From contig JANPJS010000312.1 in NCBI GenBank assembly GCA_031425655.1, forward strand, positions 1 through 64,000: a stretch of DNA of 64,000 bases, in the 5' to 3' direction. The translations under genes were made by a program, and so were the position numbers. The first letter of the stretch is position 1. The number at the start of each line of letters is the position of its first letter. This DNA is from Abditibacteriaceae bacterium (GTDB taxonomy: Bacteria; Armatimonadota; Abditibacteriia; Abditibacteriales; Abditibacteriaceae). The notes beneath the pieces are model-generated. The model was given only the letters and a program-made list of their open reading frames with translations, was not told where the DNA came from and did not search any database. This document shows, piece by piece, positions 9,390-18,440 of this stretch.

Positions 9390-10072
9390 GGCGCCACACG
9401 AGGCGCCGGCTCGTCGGTGGTTACCAGTTCGTAGCCGGTTATCATGGCGCGGAAGTTGTTCCAACCGGCGCGGGCCACTTGCGCGACGTGAATCAGGAAA
9501 AACACGCAGTAGCCAATGGTCAGCCAGAAGTGAATAAAGCGCGCGATTCCATAGCCGCCAAAGAGCGCCGTCAGCCACGCGAATTGCACCGGTTTATAAA
9601 TCGCCAAGCCGGTCAGCAGCGAACCTAAACCCATCACCACGACCGATGTATAAGCGATTTGCTGCGCGCCGTTGAATTTGCGCGGCGGCAGCGGCTGTTT
9701 GCGGATTTTCAAGTCGTGCAGCACCACTTGAAACGCTTCGCGCAGCGTGCCGCGATTCGGCAATAAATAACGCCATTCGCCGGAAAACGCGGTGTATAAC
9801 ACATAAAGCAGGCCGTTCACGAAGAAAAGCCACATGAACGCGAAGTGAAACGCCATGCCCAGCGCCAAACGATGATCTACGTTGAAACGCTTGTAAAACG
9901 CTTCGGGAAAGAACTTGAAAAGCGTCCACTGGCCGAAGCCAACGCGATAAACATCGTTCGACCAGTAAATCAGCAAGCCGCTCCAGATCATCAGCATCAA
10001 GACCGGAAAGTTGATCCAGTGGAACCAGCGAATCGCTAAAGGATGCTTGCGTTCAAGGCGCGTCGTTTTCAT
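9386..10072 (-). CDS. Cytochrome b/b6-domain membrane subunit (YdhU/PhsC-like)
   Basis: RWFHWIN, FHFAFMW, KFNGAQQIAY, RFIHFW...LIHV: four TM helices with heme-ligand His residues. Confidence 0.88.
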   Translation of the reverse strand: MKTTRLERKHPLAIRWFHWINFPVLMLMIWSGLLIYWSNDVYRVGFGQWTLFKFFPEAFYKRFNVDHRLALGMAFHFAFMWLFFVNGLLYVLYTAFSGEWRYLLPNRGTLREAFQVVLHDLKIRKQPLPPRKFNGAQQIAYTSVVVMGLGSLLTGLAIYKPVQFAWLTALFGGYGIARFIHFWLTIGYCVFFLIHVAQVARAGWNNFRAMITGYELVTTDEPAPRVAP

Positions 10073-10119
10073 GGTGATTGCCTGAGAGTGGTCTGCTAAC
10101 TTGCCGTCTTCACGCAAGA

Positions 10120-10147
10120 AAACACGGTGCGGTGCGGTTTTGTTCCC
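10120..10147 (-). promoter_or_regulatory. Putative ECF sigma promoter for the cytochrome b/Mo-oxidoreductase operon
   Basis: GGGAAC-N15-CGTGTTT on the minus strand; the same boxes and spacing occur at 10684-10711. Confidence 0.7.
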
Positions 10148-10200
10148 GGCAATTTTCCGCAAATGCGTGAGCGTGCGAAAAATCGGTTGATAGCTCAGAG

Positions 10201-10336
10201 TGCTATTGGTAGAGAAACCCTCCCCTAACCCCTCCCGTTGGAGGGAAATTTACGCTATTTGAGTTCAAACGTGGTCTGAGAGGGCGTATTCCCCTCCAAC
10301 GGGAGGGGTTAGGGGAGGGTTCCTCTACTGATAGCA
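10201..10336. repeat. Palindromic REP/MITE element with CCCTCCCCTAACCCCTCCC core
   Basis: ~49 bp inverted arms tgctat..tagag.aaccctcccctaacccctcccgttggaggg. Confidence 0.85.
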
Positions 10337-10366
10337 TTGATTTGCTGCAATAGGTGGCGACTCGGA

Positions 10367-10639
10367 TTACGACTCGCTGGCAATACTTTCGTCGGCGGGC
10401 AAAGCGGCGCGGATGCGATCCATCAGGCCAGTGAGATTTTCGTCGGAGGTTTCGACGTGCTGGACTTTTTGCTTGAGTTCGCGCAGAAAATCGGCCTCGA
10501 AAGCGTAAATTTTGGAGCAGTGGCCGCAGATTTTGAGGTGGCGCTGCACCAGTGTCACTTCGCGCGCCGACAATTCTCGGTCGAGAAAATCATCGAGCCG
10601 CGCCAGCGTTTCCTTGCAGGTGAGAAGTGAGAGAAACAT
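10367..10639 (-). CDS. Zinc-binding anti-sigma factor (zf-HC2/ZAS, RsrA/RshA-like)
   Basis: N-terminal C plus HLKICGHC (HxxxCxxC); no TM helix; downstream of the ECF sigma. Confidence 0.9.
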   Translation of the reverse strand: MFLSLLTCKETLARLDDFLDRELSAREVTLVQRHLKICGHCSKIYAFEADFLRELKQKVQHVETSDENLTGLMDRIRAALPADESIASES

Positions 10640-10683
10640 GAGAATTCTGCGATCAATTGGTGATAATTGCGCTTTCGCTCTTG

Positions 10684-10711
10684 AAACACGAGGCGAGGCG
10701 AAATAGTTCCC
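10684..10711 (-). promoter_or_regulatory. Putative ECF sigma promoter for the anti-sigma gene
   Basis: GGGAAC-N15-CGTGTTT in the sigma/anti-sigma gap. Confidence 0.7.
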
Positions 10712-10718
10712 CGAAAAG

Positions 10719-11276
10719 TTATTTTTGCTCCTGCGTCAAATCCCAGAGCGATTTTTGCAACTGCTTGCGAGCGCGATGCAAGCGAGAGCGCACCGTGCCC
10801 AACGGACATCCCAAAACCTCGGCGATGGCCTCGTAAGGCAGCTCTTCGAGAAAATAAAGCACCGCGACGGCGCGAAACTCGTCGGGGAGCGCGTTCAGCG
10901 CGGCGTGGATGGCGGCGCCGTCAATTTTCTGCATCACCAGCGCGGCAGGATCATCGCGGCGCAGCAACCCGGCGCGGCGGCTGTGTTCATAGAGAAACAG
11001 ATCGGTGATGTCGTCGAGAGGAACCGACTGCGGCGCGCGATTATCGCTGCGCTTGTGGTTCAAAAAGCGGTTGACCAGAATTTTGAGAAACCACGCCCGG
11101 AAATTGGTGCCCGGCGTGAACGAAGCGAAGGCGCGAAAGGCTTGAATCGAGGCGTCCTGCACCAAATCTTCGGCGTCGTCGCGGTTGGTTGTCAGTCGCA
11201 GCGCCACGCGCAAAGCCGTGCTTAAAATCGGCGCGAGATGCTGTTCGAATTGTTGGGCGACCGCGCTGTCATTCAT
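10719..11276 (-). CDS. ECF sigma-70 factor (SigH/SigR-like)
   Basis: DAEDLVQD, F.PGTNFRAW, Y..IAEVLGCPLGTVRSRLHRAR. Confidence 0.93.
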   Translation of the reverse strand: MNDSAVAQQFEQHLAPILSTALRVALRLTTNRDDAEDLVQDASIQAFRAFASFTPGTNFRAWFLKILVNRFLNHKRSDNRAPQSVPLDDITDLFLYEHSRRAGLLRRDDPAALVMQKIDGAAIHAALNALPDEFRAVAVLYFLEELPYEAIAEVLGCPLGTVRSRLHRARKQLQKSLWDLTQEQK

Positions 11277-11315
11277 AACCGAAAAGTGACTTTGATTTTA
11301 CCAGATGAGAGTGTC

Positions 11316-13163
11316 ATGAAATTCAATAAATCATTGCTGCGCGTTGCATTTACGGCATTGGCGCTGGCGCCGACTTTCTATTTCACCACGCGCGGCGCGA
11401 CCCAGAACGGCGCTGCCGATGCGGGCATCGCTGCGGCAAACGTCGCGCCACGGCGCCCTCACTATAATCTGATGGTCAACATGGATTACGAGCTGCTTAC
11501 GCTGCGCGCGACGGCGGACATTACGATTCCCGTCGCGCCGGGCGATGCGATGCGCGACGTGGTTTTTTTCATTTACGCCAACGCGGGCGGCGTCGGCGGC
11601 GACGATAAGCGGCGCAAAAACATCGTGGTAGATGGTGTTTCGCTCGATGGCGCCAATGTGCCGTTTTCGTTGAACGGCGCGGTGCTGCGCGTGACTTTGC
11701 CCGCCGCGCGCCGCGCGCCGTTTACGTTAAAAATCGCCTCGCATGGCGTGGTTCCGCGCAGCGCGGCGGGCGCCGGTGGTTTGGCCGACATGATGGGCGG
11801 TTTGGGATCGCTCGGCGGCTCGCTCGGCGGTTCGCTCAGCGGCGAAGCGCAGAAACCGCAAAACGTGGATTACGGACTCTATACGTATGGAAACGGCGTG
11901 CTGAGCCTCGGTTCGTTTTGGTATCCGCAACTGGCGATTCGCCAAAACGGCAAGTGGATTGACGAGGCGCCCGAAGGCTTGGGCGATGTCGCTTTCTCCG
12001 AAATGAGCGACTACGACGTGCTGCTGGACGTGCCGCAAAACGTCACGGTAGCGGCGACGGGCGGGGCGGGGCCGCTCGAATATAAAACGCGGGCGGGCCG
12101 CAAACCCGCAGCGTTTCGCGTTGAAAACGCGCGCGATTTCGCGGTCTTGATGAGCGAAGATTGGGTCACCAAATCGAAGAATTTCGATGTGGCCGGCAAG
12201 CCGGTGCAAGTCACGGCTTACACGCTGAAAAAAGACGCCGCGAAGTCCGATAAAGCCATCGAAATCGCCGGGCGCGCTCTGCAAATTTACGCGCGGCGCT
12301 TCGGGCCGTATCTTTATGATGATTTCAAAGTCGTTGAGGGCACGATTCGCGGCGGCGCGGGCGGCATGGAATTTACCGGCATGACTTCGGTCGCTTCGAT
12401 GCTGTATCAGGATTTGGGCGCTCAACTCGGCCAATTAGCTGGCGTGCTCGGCGCGGGCGGTTTGGATCAAATTCTTGGCGGCTTTGAGGACGATGCAGCG
12501 CAACAGCCCAAAAAAGGCGCGCCGGGCGCACAAGCGGCGGATAATCCGGCGGGCGAGATGCTGAACAGCTTGCTCGGCCAGCAAAAAGAGATTCTCGACT
12601 CGATTTTCGAGATGACTATCGCGCACGAAGTCGCGCATCAATGGTGGGCTATTGGCGTGGGCAGCGACAGCCAACGCGCGCCGTTCGTGGACGAAAGCCT
12701 GGCCAATTACACCGCCGTTCTCTATTTCGAAGACCGTTACGGCAAGGAAAAAGCCGCCAAAATGATGGACACGCATCTGCGCGAAACTTACGCGATGGGC
12801 CGCATGATGGGCGGCCCGGATCGCCCGGCGAATTTGCGGACTTCGGCTTACGCGGGCAACGTGCAATACGGCGCGGTCGTTTACGGCAAAGGCGCGCTGT
12901 ATTACAACGCTCTGCGCCAAGCGGCAGGAGATGCAGCGTTTTTCGACGCGCTGCGCACTTATTATGCGCGCTATCAAGGCCGTCTGGCGGCGCCGCGCGA
13001 TTTCATCAGCATCTTAAAAACGAAGGCACCTAAAGCCAACGCCGAGGCGCTTTACGCGCGCTGGATCGAACAAGCGCACGGCGACGAAGACATCACTCAC
13101 GGCAAGCCAGCGGGGTTGGAAGATTTGCTCGGCGGATTGCTCGGCGGCATCGGAGCCGAGTAG
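11316..13163 (+). CDS. Secreted M1 family zinc aminopeptidase
   Basis: Signal peptide; GGMEF, HEVAHQWW...DESLANY, VYGKGA motifs. Confidence 0.88.
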   Translation: MKFNKSLLRVAFTALALAPTFYFTTRGATQNGAADAGIAAANVAPRRPHYNLMVNMDYELLTLRATADITIPVAPGDAMRDVVFFIYANAGGVGGDDKRRKNIVVDGVSLDGANVPFSLNGAVLRVTLPAARRAPFTLKIASHGVVPRSAAGAGGLADMMGGLGSLGGSLGGSLSGEAQKPQNVDYGLYTYGNGVLSLGSFWYPQLAIRQNGKWIDEAPEGLGDVAFSEMSDYDVLLDVPQNVTVAATGGAGPLEYKTRAGRKPAAFRVENARDFAVLMSEDWVTKSKNFDVAGKPVQVTAYTLKKDAAKSDKAIEIAGRALQIYARRFGPYLYDDFKVVEGTIRGGAGGMEFTGMTSVASMLYQDLGAQLGQLAGVLGAGGLDQILGGFEDDAAQQPKKGAPGAQAADNPAGEMLNSLLGQQKEILDSIFEMTIAHEVAHQWWAIGVGSDSQRAPFVDESLANYTAVLYFEDRYGKEKAAKMMDTHLRETYAMGRMMGGPDRPANLRTSAYAGNVQYGAVVYGKGALYYNALRQAAGDAAFFDALRTYYARYQGRLAAPRDFISILKTKAPKANAEALYARWIEQAHGDEDITHGKPAGLEDLLGGLLGGIGAE

Positions 13164-13165
13164 TT

Positions 13166-13259
13166 GGCTGGAGGCTGGGGGCTGGGGGTTAGAGGCTGGG
13201 GGCTGGATGTCGGATGTCGGATGTCCAGCATCGAATTATCCAGCATCCAGCATCCAGCG
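13166..13259. repeat. Short tandem (mostly heptamer) repeats arranged as an inverted pair
   Basis: ggctgga/ggctggg and ggatgtc units followed by tccagca units. Confidence 0.7.
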
Positions 13260-13299
13260 CCTTGCCTTGCTAAAATACTTTGCGGCTAAGGAGAAAACA

Positions 13300-14457
13300 A
13301 TGCTCAAAATGCGAATAGTCGGGCGATGGTTGGTCGTGGCGGTGGGCGTAGCGGCCTTCGGCACTCTGGATGGAACAGCGCAGGCTCAGGAATCACTCGG
13401 CGGTATGGGAGTGGCCTCTGGGATTTCCTCCTCCATGAGCGGCATGAGTAGCAGCGGCGTGACGACCGCCGGACAACGCGCTTCGGGCCAGATCGGCTCG
13501 ATGGGGTCGGGCGGCGGCGAATTTCCCGATCCGAGTGGTTCCGGCTCGCCCGGCTCCGGTTCCTCCGGCTCCGGCGGCGCGACTGGCGCCGCTGCCGTGC
13601 CGGTTCGTATCGAGCCGCGCCGCTGGAATCCGCGTTTTACCGGGCAATCCATTATCAGCGAGCTGCTTGGCGCCCAACAAATGCCACGCATTCCGTCGCC
13701 GATTGGCCAAAGCCGCTCGCCGCGCGGCCAGGCGAGACTGGCCACCCGCATCGAAAAAATGACGGCTCAGCAGCGCAAGCAATTGGTCTTGAAGAAATAC
13801 GACATCCGACCGCGCAACTGGCTCGCTCACTACGTGCTGGAAGATCGCTACAAAATCAATTCCGGCTTGTGGAACTTCGTAACCACGCGCACCAGCCGCT
13901 ATTACTACCGTCCGTGGGCCATCGCGATGCTCAAAGCCGATTCCAATCACACGATTGGTTTTCGCACCTGGCAGGACGCGATGTTGGCGGGTTATCGGCC
14001 CGATCCGGTTTCGCGGCCCGAACCGGGCGCGCAAATCGCCGATTTGGCCTCGCTCACGCGCGGCGCCGCTTTAGTGCGCTACGTTGAATTCGTTTACGCG
14101 GGCCAAATCACTCCGACCGTTTTCAGCCTCAATTACAAATACGTCAAGGATGTCGCGCAGGTTGTGCGAAGCCATTCGCACACGCGGCCTTTGCTTGGCG
14201 AAACCGTAGATCAAATTTTGTTGGCATCGTTGGGAGAAGGCTCGCCGCCCCGTTCGATTGGTGGCCCGCCTCCGGTGCCCGCGACTATCGCAGGCGGCGA
14301 AGGCGGTTCAGGGATGTCGAGCGGCGGGAATATGGGCAGCGGAAACCTCGGCATGTCCGGGATGCAAGGCGGCAGCACCGACAAGCGCAGCGAAGAATTC
14401 AACACCTTCTCGTCACGCGCTGGAAGTCTGGCGAATGTGCCGGCCAATCGTCCGTAG
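13300..14457 (+). CDS. Secreted hypothetical protein with Gly/Ser-rich linkers and an Ada-like domain
   Basis: AAGGAG RBS; signal peptide ending AQA; domain shared with the next gene. Confidence 0.75.
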   Translation: MLKMRIVGRWLVVAVGVAAFGTLDGTAQAQESLGGMGVASGISSSMSGMSSSGVTTAGQRASGQIGSMGSGGGEFPDPSGSGSPGSGSSGSGGATGAAAVPVRIEPRRWNPRFTGQSIISELLGAQQMPRIPSPIGQSRSPRGQARLATRIEKMTAQQRKQLVLKKYDIRPRNWLAHYVLEDRYKINSGLWNFVTTRTSRYYYRPWAIAMLKADSNHTIGFRTWQDAMLAGYRPDPVSRPEPGAQIADLASLTRGAALVRYVEFVYAGQITPTVFSLNYKYVKDVAQVVRSHSHTRPLLGETVDQILLASLGEGSPPRSIGGPPPVPATIAGGEGGSGMSSGGNMGSGNLGMSGMQGGSTDKRSEEFNTFSSRAGSLANVPANRP

Positions 14458-14485
14458 CACGAATTGGATAAGGAAAGCGATTTCT

Positions 14486-15523
14486 ATGGAATTCCGAAAA
14501 TTTTCGTATCGTGTTTCGCTGGCGCTGCCTGTTTTGTGCGGCGTTTTGGCGTGTTCGCTCCTGCTTCCATCGTCGGCACAGGACGATGTCGCGCCTGCCG
14601 ATGCCGGCGATGTGCAGCCCACTCCGACCCCGATTGCCAAACCAAAAATGCCCAATGGCCCGTCGGCTAAAATGGCGGCGGAGCTAATGCGCGAGCCGCC
14701 GCCGGCTCCCTCGTGGGTCGCGCATTATCTGCCCACCGACCGCTACAAAGTCGCGGGCGGCATTTGGAAATACGTGTCTACCGAACTCGACACTTATTAT
14801 CATTTGCCCAACAGCCCGCTGATGATGAGCCAGCCCAATAACATTGTGATTGGCTTTTCCGACCAGAAAATGGCCGAAGAAGCCGGTTATCGCCCCGATA
14901 ATACCATCGCCGCGCAAATTAAAGCGGCGGAAATCAGCAAAGCGACAAGCATTGAAGGCGCAATGGGGCCGAAAGCGTTTACCCGGCCAACGAACGTGAC
15001 TTTAGGCGATGGACAATCGAAAGTTACGGTGCCTGCAGGCTGGACGCATATCAAAATGCCCAACATGGCCGGTTTTATGAAGAATTTTAGCGTTGACATT
15101 TTCTTGCCTAAAGGCGGCGACGCGAGTTCAGCAATGCTCCGCTCGCAAAAGCGGCCCAAGGCCATAACAATCGTAACCGCGACCGACCCGCGTGGAACCA
15201 ATTTAGAAGGCGCGATGCAAGCCGATTTTCTGAAAACAACAGTGACGCAAGATCGCGGCGCCAATAATGCGATGGCCGAATTGGGCAGCCAGAATCCACA
15301 ACTTAGTCAACTCACCACAATGTGGAAAGATGCTGACGCCACACCGTCGAATTGGGGCGGAGCGAAGGCCGTCAAGTTCAGCGCCAAAAAAGGCTCGAAA
15401 AACACCGATATGATCGGTTCCAGCATCATCGCCGCGCGCGGCTCGAAAGTTTATATCTATAAGGACACGACGGGCGGCGGCAAAGACTCCAGCCAGATTC
15501 GCAACTCCTTCGTAGCGCGCTAA
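14486..15523 (+). CDS. Secreted hypothetical protein sharing a domain with the upstream gene
   Basis: Signal peptide; WVAHY..DRYK...YYHLP...IGF...AEEAGYRPD. Confidence 0.75.
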   Translation: MEFRKFSYRVSLALPVLCGVLACSLLLPSSAQDDVAPADAGDVQPTPTPIAKPKMPNGPSAKMAAELMREPPPAPSWVAHYLPTDRYKVAGGIWKYVSTELDTYYHLPNSPLMMSQPNNIVIGFSDQKMAEEAGYRPDNTIAAQIKAAEISKATSIEGAMGPKAFTRPTNVTLGDGQSKVTVPAGWTHIKMPNMAGFMKNFSVDIFLPKGGDASSAMLRSQKRPKAITIVTATDPRGTNLEGAMQADFLKTTVTQDRGANNAMAELGSQNPQLSQLTTMWKDADATPSNWGGAKAVKFSAKKGSKNTDMIGSSIIAARGSKVYIYKDTTGGGKDSSQIRNSFVAR

Positions 15524-15541
15524 AACCCGGCAGGTGCAGGC

Positions 15542-16135
15542 ATGGCGACAGCAAATCCGAAAATTGGTGTTTCTCCCGAAGGCTCGCGTCCGTGGCGCTG
15601 GTCGGTCGCGCAATATCATCAACTGGCGGGCGCCGGCTGGTTCGATGAAAAACGCGTCGAGCTTATCGAAGGAGAGATCGTTGAAATGCCTCCAATCGGC
15701 GACGAGCACAGAGCGGTGGGAATGGGATCAATTAAGGTCTTCCAAGCCGCTTTCGGAGTGGGTTTTGTCCTCAGCGTGCAAAGTTCGTTAGTTCTCAACG
15801 ACTTGTCGGAGCCGGAACCGGATGTCGTCATCGCGCGGGGAACATGGCGCGATTTTGTCGGCGGTTTGCCCGTTACCGCTGTGGTTTTGGTTGCCGAAAT
15901 CTCTAAAACCACGCTGCGCGACGACCTCACGACTAAAGCCGTGCTTTATGCGCGTTCAGGTATTCCCGAATACTGGGTTATAGATTTAGTGAACCGTGAA
16001 CTCATCGTGCATCGCCATCCGGAGCAGGGCGATGTGGCGCGTTATATTGAAGTGACGCATTTGAAAAAGGGCGAAAATATCGCGCCGCTGCACGCGCCGG
16101 AGTCTCCGATTTTGGTCGGCGATTTGATGCCTTGA
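15542..16135 (+). CDS. Uma2 (DUF820) family putative endonuclease
   Basis: RVELIEGEIVEMPPIG, PEPD, VAEIS, K..LYARSGIPEYWVIDL. Confidence 0.92.
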   Translation: MATANPKIGVSPEGSRPWRWSVAQYHQLAGAGWFDEKRVELIEGEIVEMPPIGDEHRAVGMGSIKVFQAAFGVGFVLSVQSSLVLNDLSEPEPDVVIARGTWRDFVGGLPVTAVVLVAEISKTTLRDDLTTKAVLYARSGIPEYWVIDLVNRELIVHRHPEQGDVARYIEVTHLKKGENIAPLHAPESPILVGDLMP

Positions 16136-16159
16136 AGCAATTGCAAAGCAGGTGTTTTA

Positions 16160-16756
16160 ATGGCCGTGGCAATCCAAACGACTGTGGGCAAAACAATATC
16201 CGGCGCCCGTCCGTGGCGCTGGTCGGTCGAGCAATATTACAAAGCTGGTGCAGTCGGGCTTTTTGAGGGCGGGCGTGTCGAACTTCTTGACGGGGAGATT
16301 ATTGAAATGCCTCCGATTGGCGACGATCATGTTGCGTCCAGCATCGGTGCGCCACACGCTTTGCTGAAAGCCTTCGGCGATGGCTTTGAAGTCAGCGTGC
16401 AGAATCCCCTGAAGATTCCGCCAACCTCGGCGCCAGAGCCGGATATTGTCGTTATTCGCGGGTCGTGGCGGTTGTCTGGTGGCGTGACGGCAGAGCAAGC
16501 CGTATTGGTCGTTGAAATCTCCGACTCCACGCTCCATGATGATCTCACCAAAAAAGCGATGCTCTACGCGCGAGCCGACATTCCTGAATATTGGGTTATT
16601 GATCTTTTGAAGCGCGAACTGGTAACGCACCGCCAACCCATACGCTCAGAAGCGAATTCGTATTATGCACAAGTGCAACGCTTGAAAAAGGGCGAAAAAA
16701 TCGCGCCTTTGCACGCGCCGGATTCGCTTGTTGCGGTGAGCGATTTGATGTTGTAA
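16160..16756 (+). CDS. Uma2 (DUF820) family putative endonuclease, tandem paralogue
   Basis: RVELLDGEIIEMPPIG, PEPD, VVEISDST, IPEYWVIDL. Confidence 0.92.
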   Translation: MAVAIQTTVGKTISGARPWRWSVEQYYKAGAVGLFEGGRVELLDGEIIEMPPIGDDHVASSIGAPHALLKAFGDGFEVSVQNPLKIPPTSAPEPDIVVIRGSWRLSGGVTAEQAVLVVEISDSTLHDDLTKKAMLYARADIPEYWVIDLLKRELVTHRQPIRSEANSYYAQVQRLKKGEKIAPLHAPDSLVAVSDLML

Positions 16757-16773
16757 TTGTCGAAAAGTCACTG

Positions 16774-16810
16774 AAAACGCCGTGCGCGAGATTTCGCGCA
16801 CGGCGTTTTT
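16774..16810 (+). terminator. Intrinsic terminator
   Basis: aaaacgccgtgcgcga-loop-tcgcgcacggcgttttt. Confidence 0.8.
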
Positions 16811-16828
16811 GTTTAAACTGTCGCCACT

Positions 16829-18247
16829 ATGAGTGAGACGACATCGCCGCAACAACCGCACGACGACAGTGAATTTCTCGCGCTACGCAAGCAGCGTTTA
16901 GTGCAACTGCAAGCCGCCGGACGCGATCCTTACGCGCAAACCCGCTTCGACCGCACGCACCTCGCCGCCGCCATCAATACCGACTTTGAGGCACTTGACG
17001 GGCAGGAAGTGCGCGTTGCCGGGCGCTTGAAAACCAAGCGCGGGCAGGGCAAAATCGCCTTCGCCGATTTGTGGGACGATTCCGGCAAAATCCAGCTTTT
17101 GGCCCAATTCGACCGACTGGGCGACGAGAAAATGGCCGCGTTCGTTGACCTTGAACTCGGTGACATCATCGGCGCGACGGGAACCGTGACCAAAACGCGA
17201 CGCGGCGAAATTTCGGTCGCCGTCGGAGACTTCGTTTTGCTCGCAACTTCGGTTCAGCCGCCGCCCGAAAAGTATCACGGTCTGACCGACGTGGAAACGC
17301 GCTATCGCCAACGCTACGCCGATTTGATCGCCAATCCCGAAGTGGGAGAATTGTTTCGCAAACGCAGCCTGATCGTGCGCTCGATGCGCGAGTTTCTCGA
17401 CGCGCGCCAGTTTCTCGAAGTCGAAACGCCGATGATGCAGCCGATTGCCGGCGGCGCGGCAGCGCGGCCTTTTATCACGCATCACAACGCGCTGAATATT
17501 CCGCTTTATCTGCGAATCGCGCCGGAATTGTATCTCAAGCGCCTTGTTGTCGGCGGTTTGGAGCGCGTTTACGAAATCAATCGCAACTTCCGCAACGAGG
17601 GCGTGGACACGCGCCACAACCCCGAATTCACGATGATGGAGTTGTATCAGGCTTACGCCGATTACGACGACATGATGGCGCTGACCGAGCAAATGGTGGC
17701 GCACATTTGCCAGAAGGTCAACGGCACGCTGCAAATCAAATTCGGCGAGCACACTCTTGATCTCACGCCGCCGTGGCGCCGCGCCACGATGCGCGAATTG
17801 GTGCGCGAAGCCCTTGATCTCGATATTCGCGGCGGGCACGACTTGGTTCACGCCTTTGAAAACAGCGTCGAAGAAAAATTGATTCAGCCGACGTTCGTAA
17901 CCGATTTTCCCGTCGAAGTTTCGCCGCTCGCCAAACGCAAAAACGACGAGCCGACCATGACTTATCGCTTTGAATTGTTCATCGCCGGGCAGGAAATCGG
18001 CAACGCTTTTTCGGAATTGAATGACCCTCTCGATCAGGAAGAACGCTTTCGCCAGCAAGCCGCGCAAAAAGCCAAAGGCGACGAAGAAGCGCAGTCCTAC
18101 GACGCCGATTACGTGCGCGCTTTGCAATACGGCCTGCCTCCGACCGGCGGCTTGGGCATCGGCATTGACCGCCTCGTCATGCTGCTGACCAACAATCAAT
18201 CTATCCGCGAAGTGATTCTCTTTCCGCTACTCAAGCCGGAACATTGA
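16829..18247 (+). CDS. lysS: Lysine--tRNA ligase (class II)
   Basis: [52 protein letters not shown]. Confidence 0.98.
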   Translation: MSETTSPQQPHDDSEFLALRKQRLVQLQAAGRDPYAQTRFDRTHLAAAINTDFEALDGQEVRVAGRLKTKRGQGKIAFADLWDDSGKIQLLAQFDRLGDEKMAAFVDLELGDIIGATGTVTKTRRGEISVAVGDFVLLATSVQPPPEKYHGLTDVETRYRQRYADLIANPEVGELFRKRSLIVRSMREFLDARQFLEVETPMMQPIAGGAAARPFITHHNALNIPLYLRIAPELYLKRLVVGGLERVYEINRNFRNEGVDTRHNPEFTMMELYQAYADYDDMMALTEQMVAHICQKVNGTLQIKFGEHTLDLTPPWRRATMRELVREALDLDIRGGHDLVHAFENSVEEKLIQPTFVTDFPVEVSPLAKRKNDEPTMTYRFELFIAGQEIGNAFSELNDPLDQEERFRQQAAQKAKGDEEAQSYDADYVRALQYGLPPTGGLGIGIDRLVMLLTNNQSIREVILFPLLKPEH

Positions 18248-18256
18248 TGCGCCTGC

Positions 18257-18415
18257 CCAATGGCATTAAGTTAAGGCGTTCGGTAGCGTAGTTCCTCCCC
18301 TGTGGGGGAGGTTAGGTGGGGGTTGACGGCGCCACAGCCGCCGGCCTGCCCTCCCTCAATCCCTCCCGGAGGGAGGGAAGCTACGTTTTCGCACCGCTTA
18401 ACCTAATGCCATTGG
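18257..18415. mobile_element. MITE-like element with 19 bp terminal inverted repeats
   Basis: ccaatggcattaagttaag ... cttaacctaatgccattgg (1 mismatch) enclosing two CCCTCCC/GGGAGGG hairpins. Confidence 0.8.
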
Positions 18416-18440
18416 ACGCAAGCCCCGCTCCGACTCATAA

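Noticed and set aside
16898..18199. 433-aa minus-strand ORF
   Set aside because: Antisense shadow of lysS with no recognisable motifs
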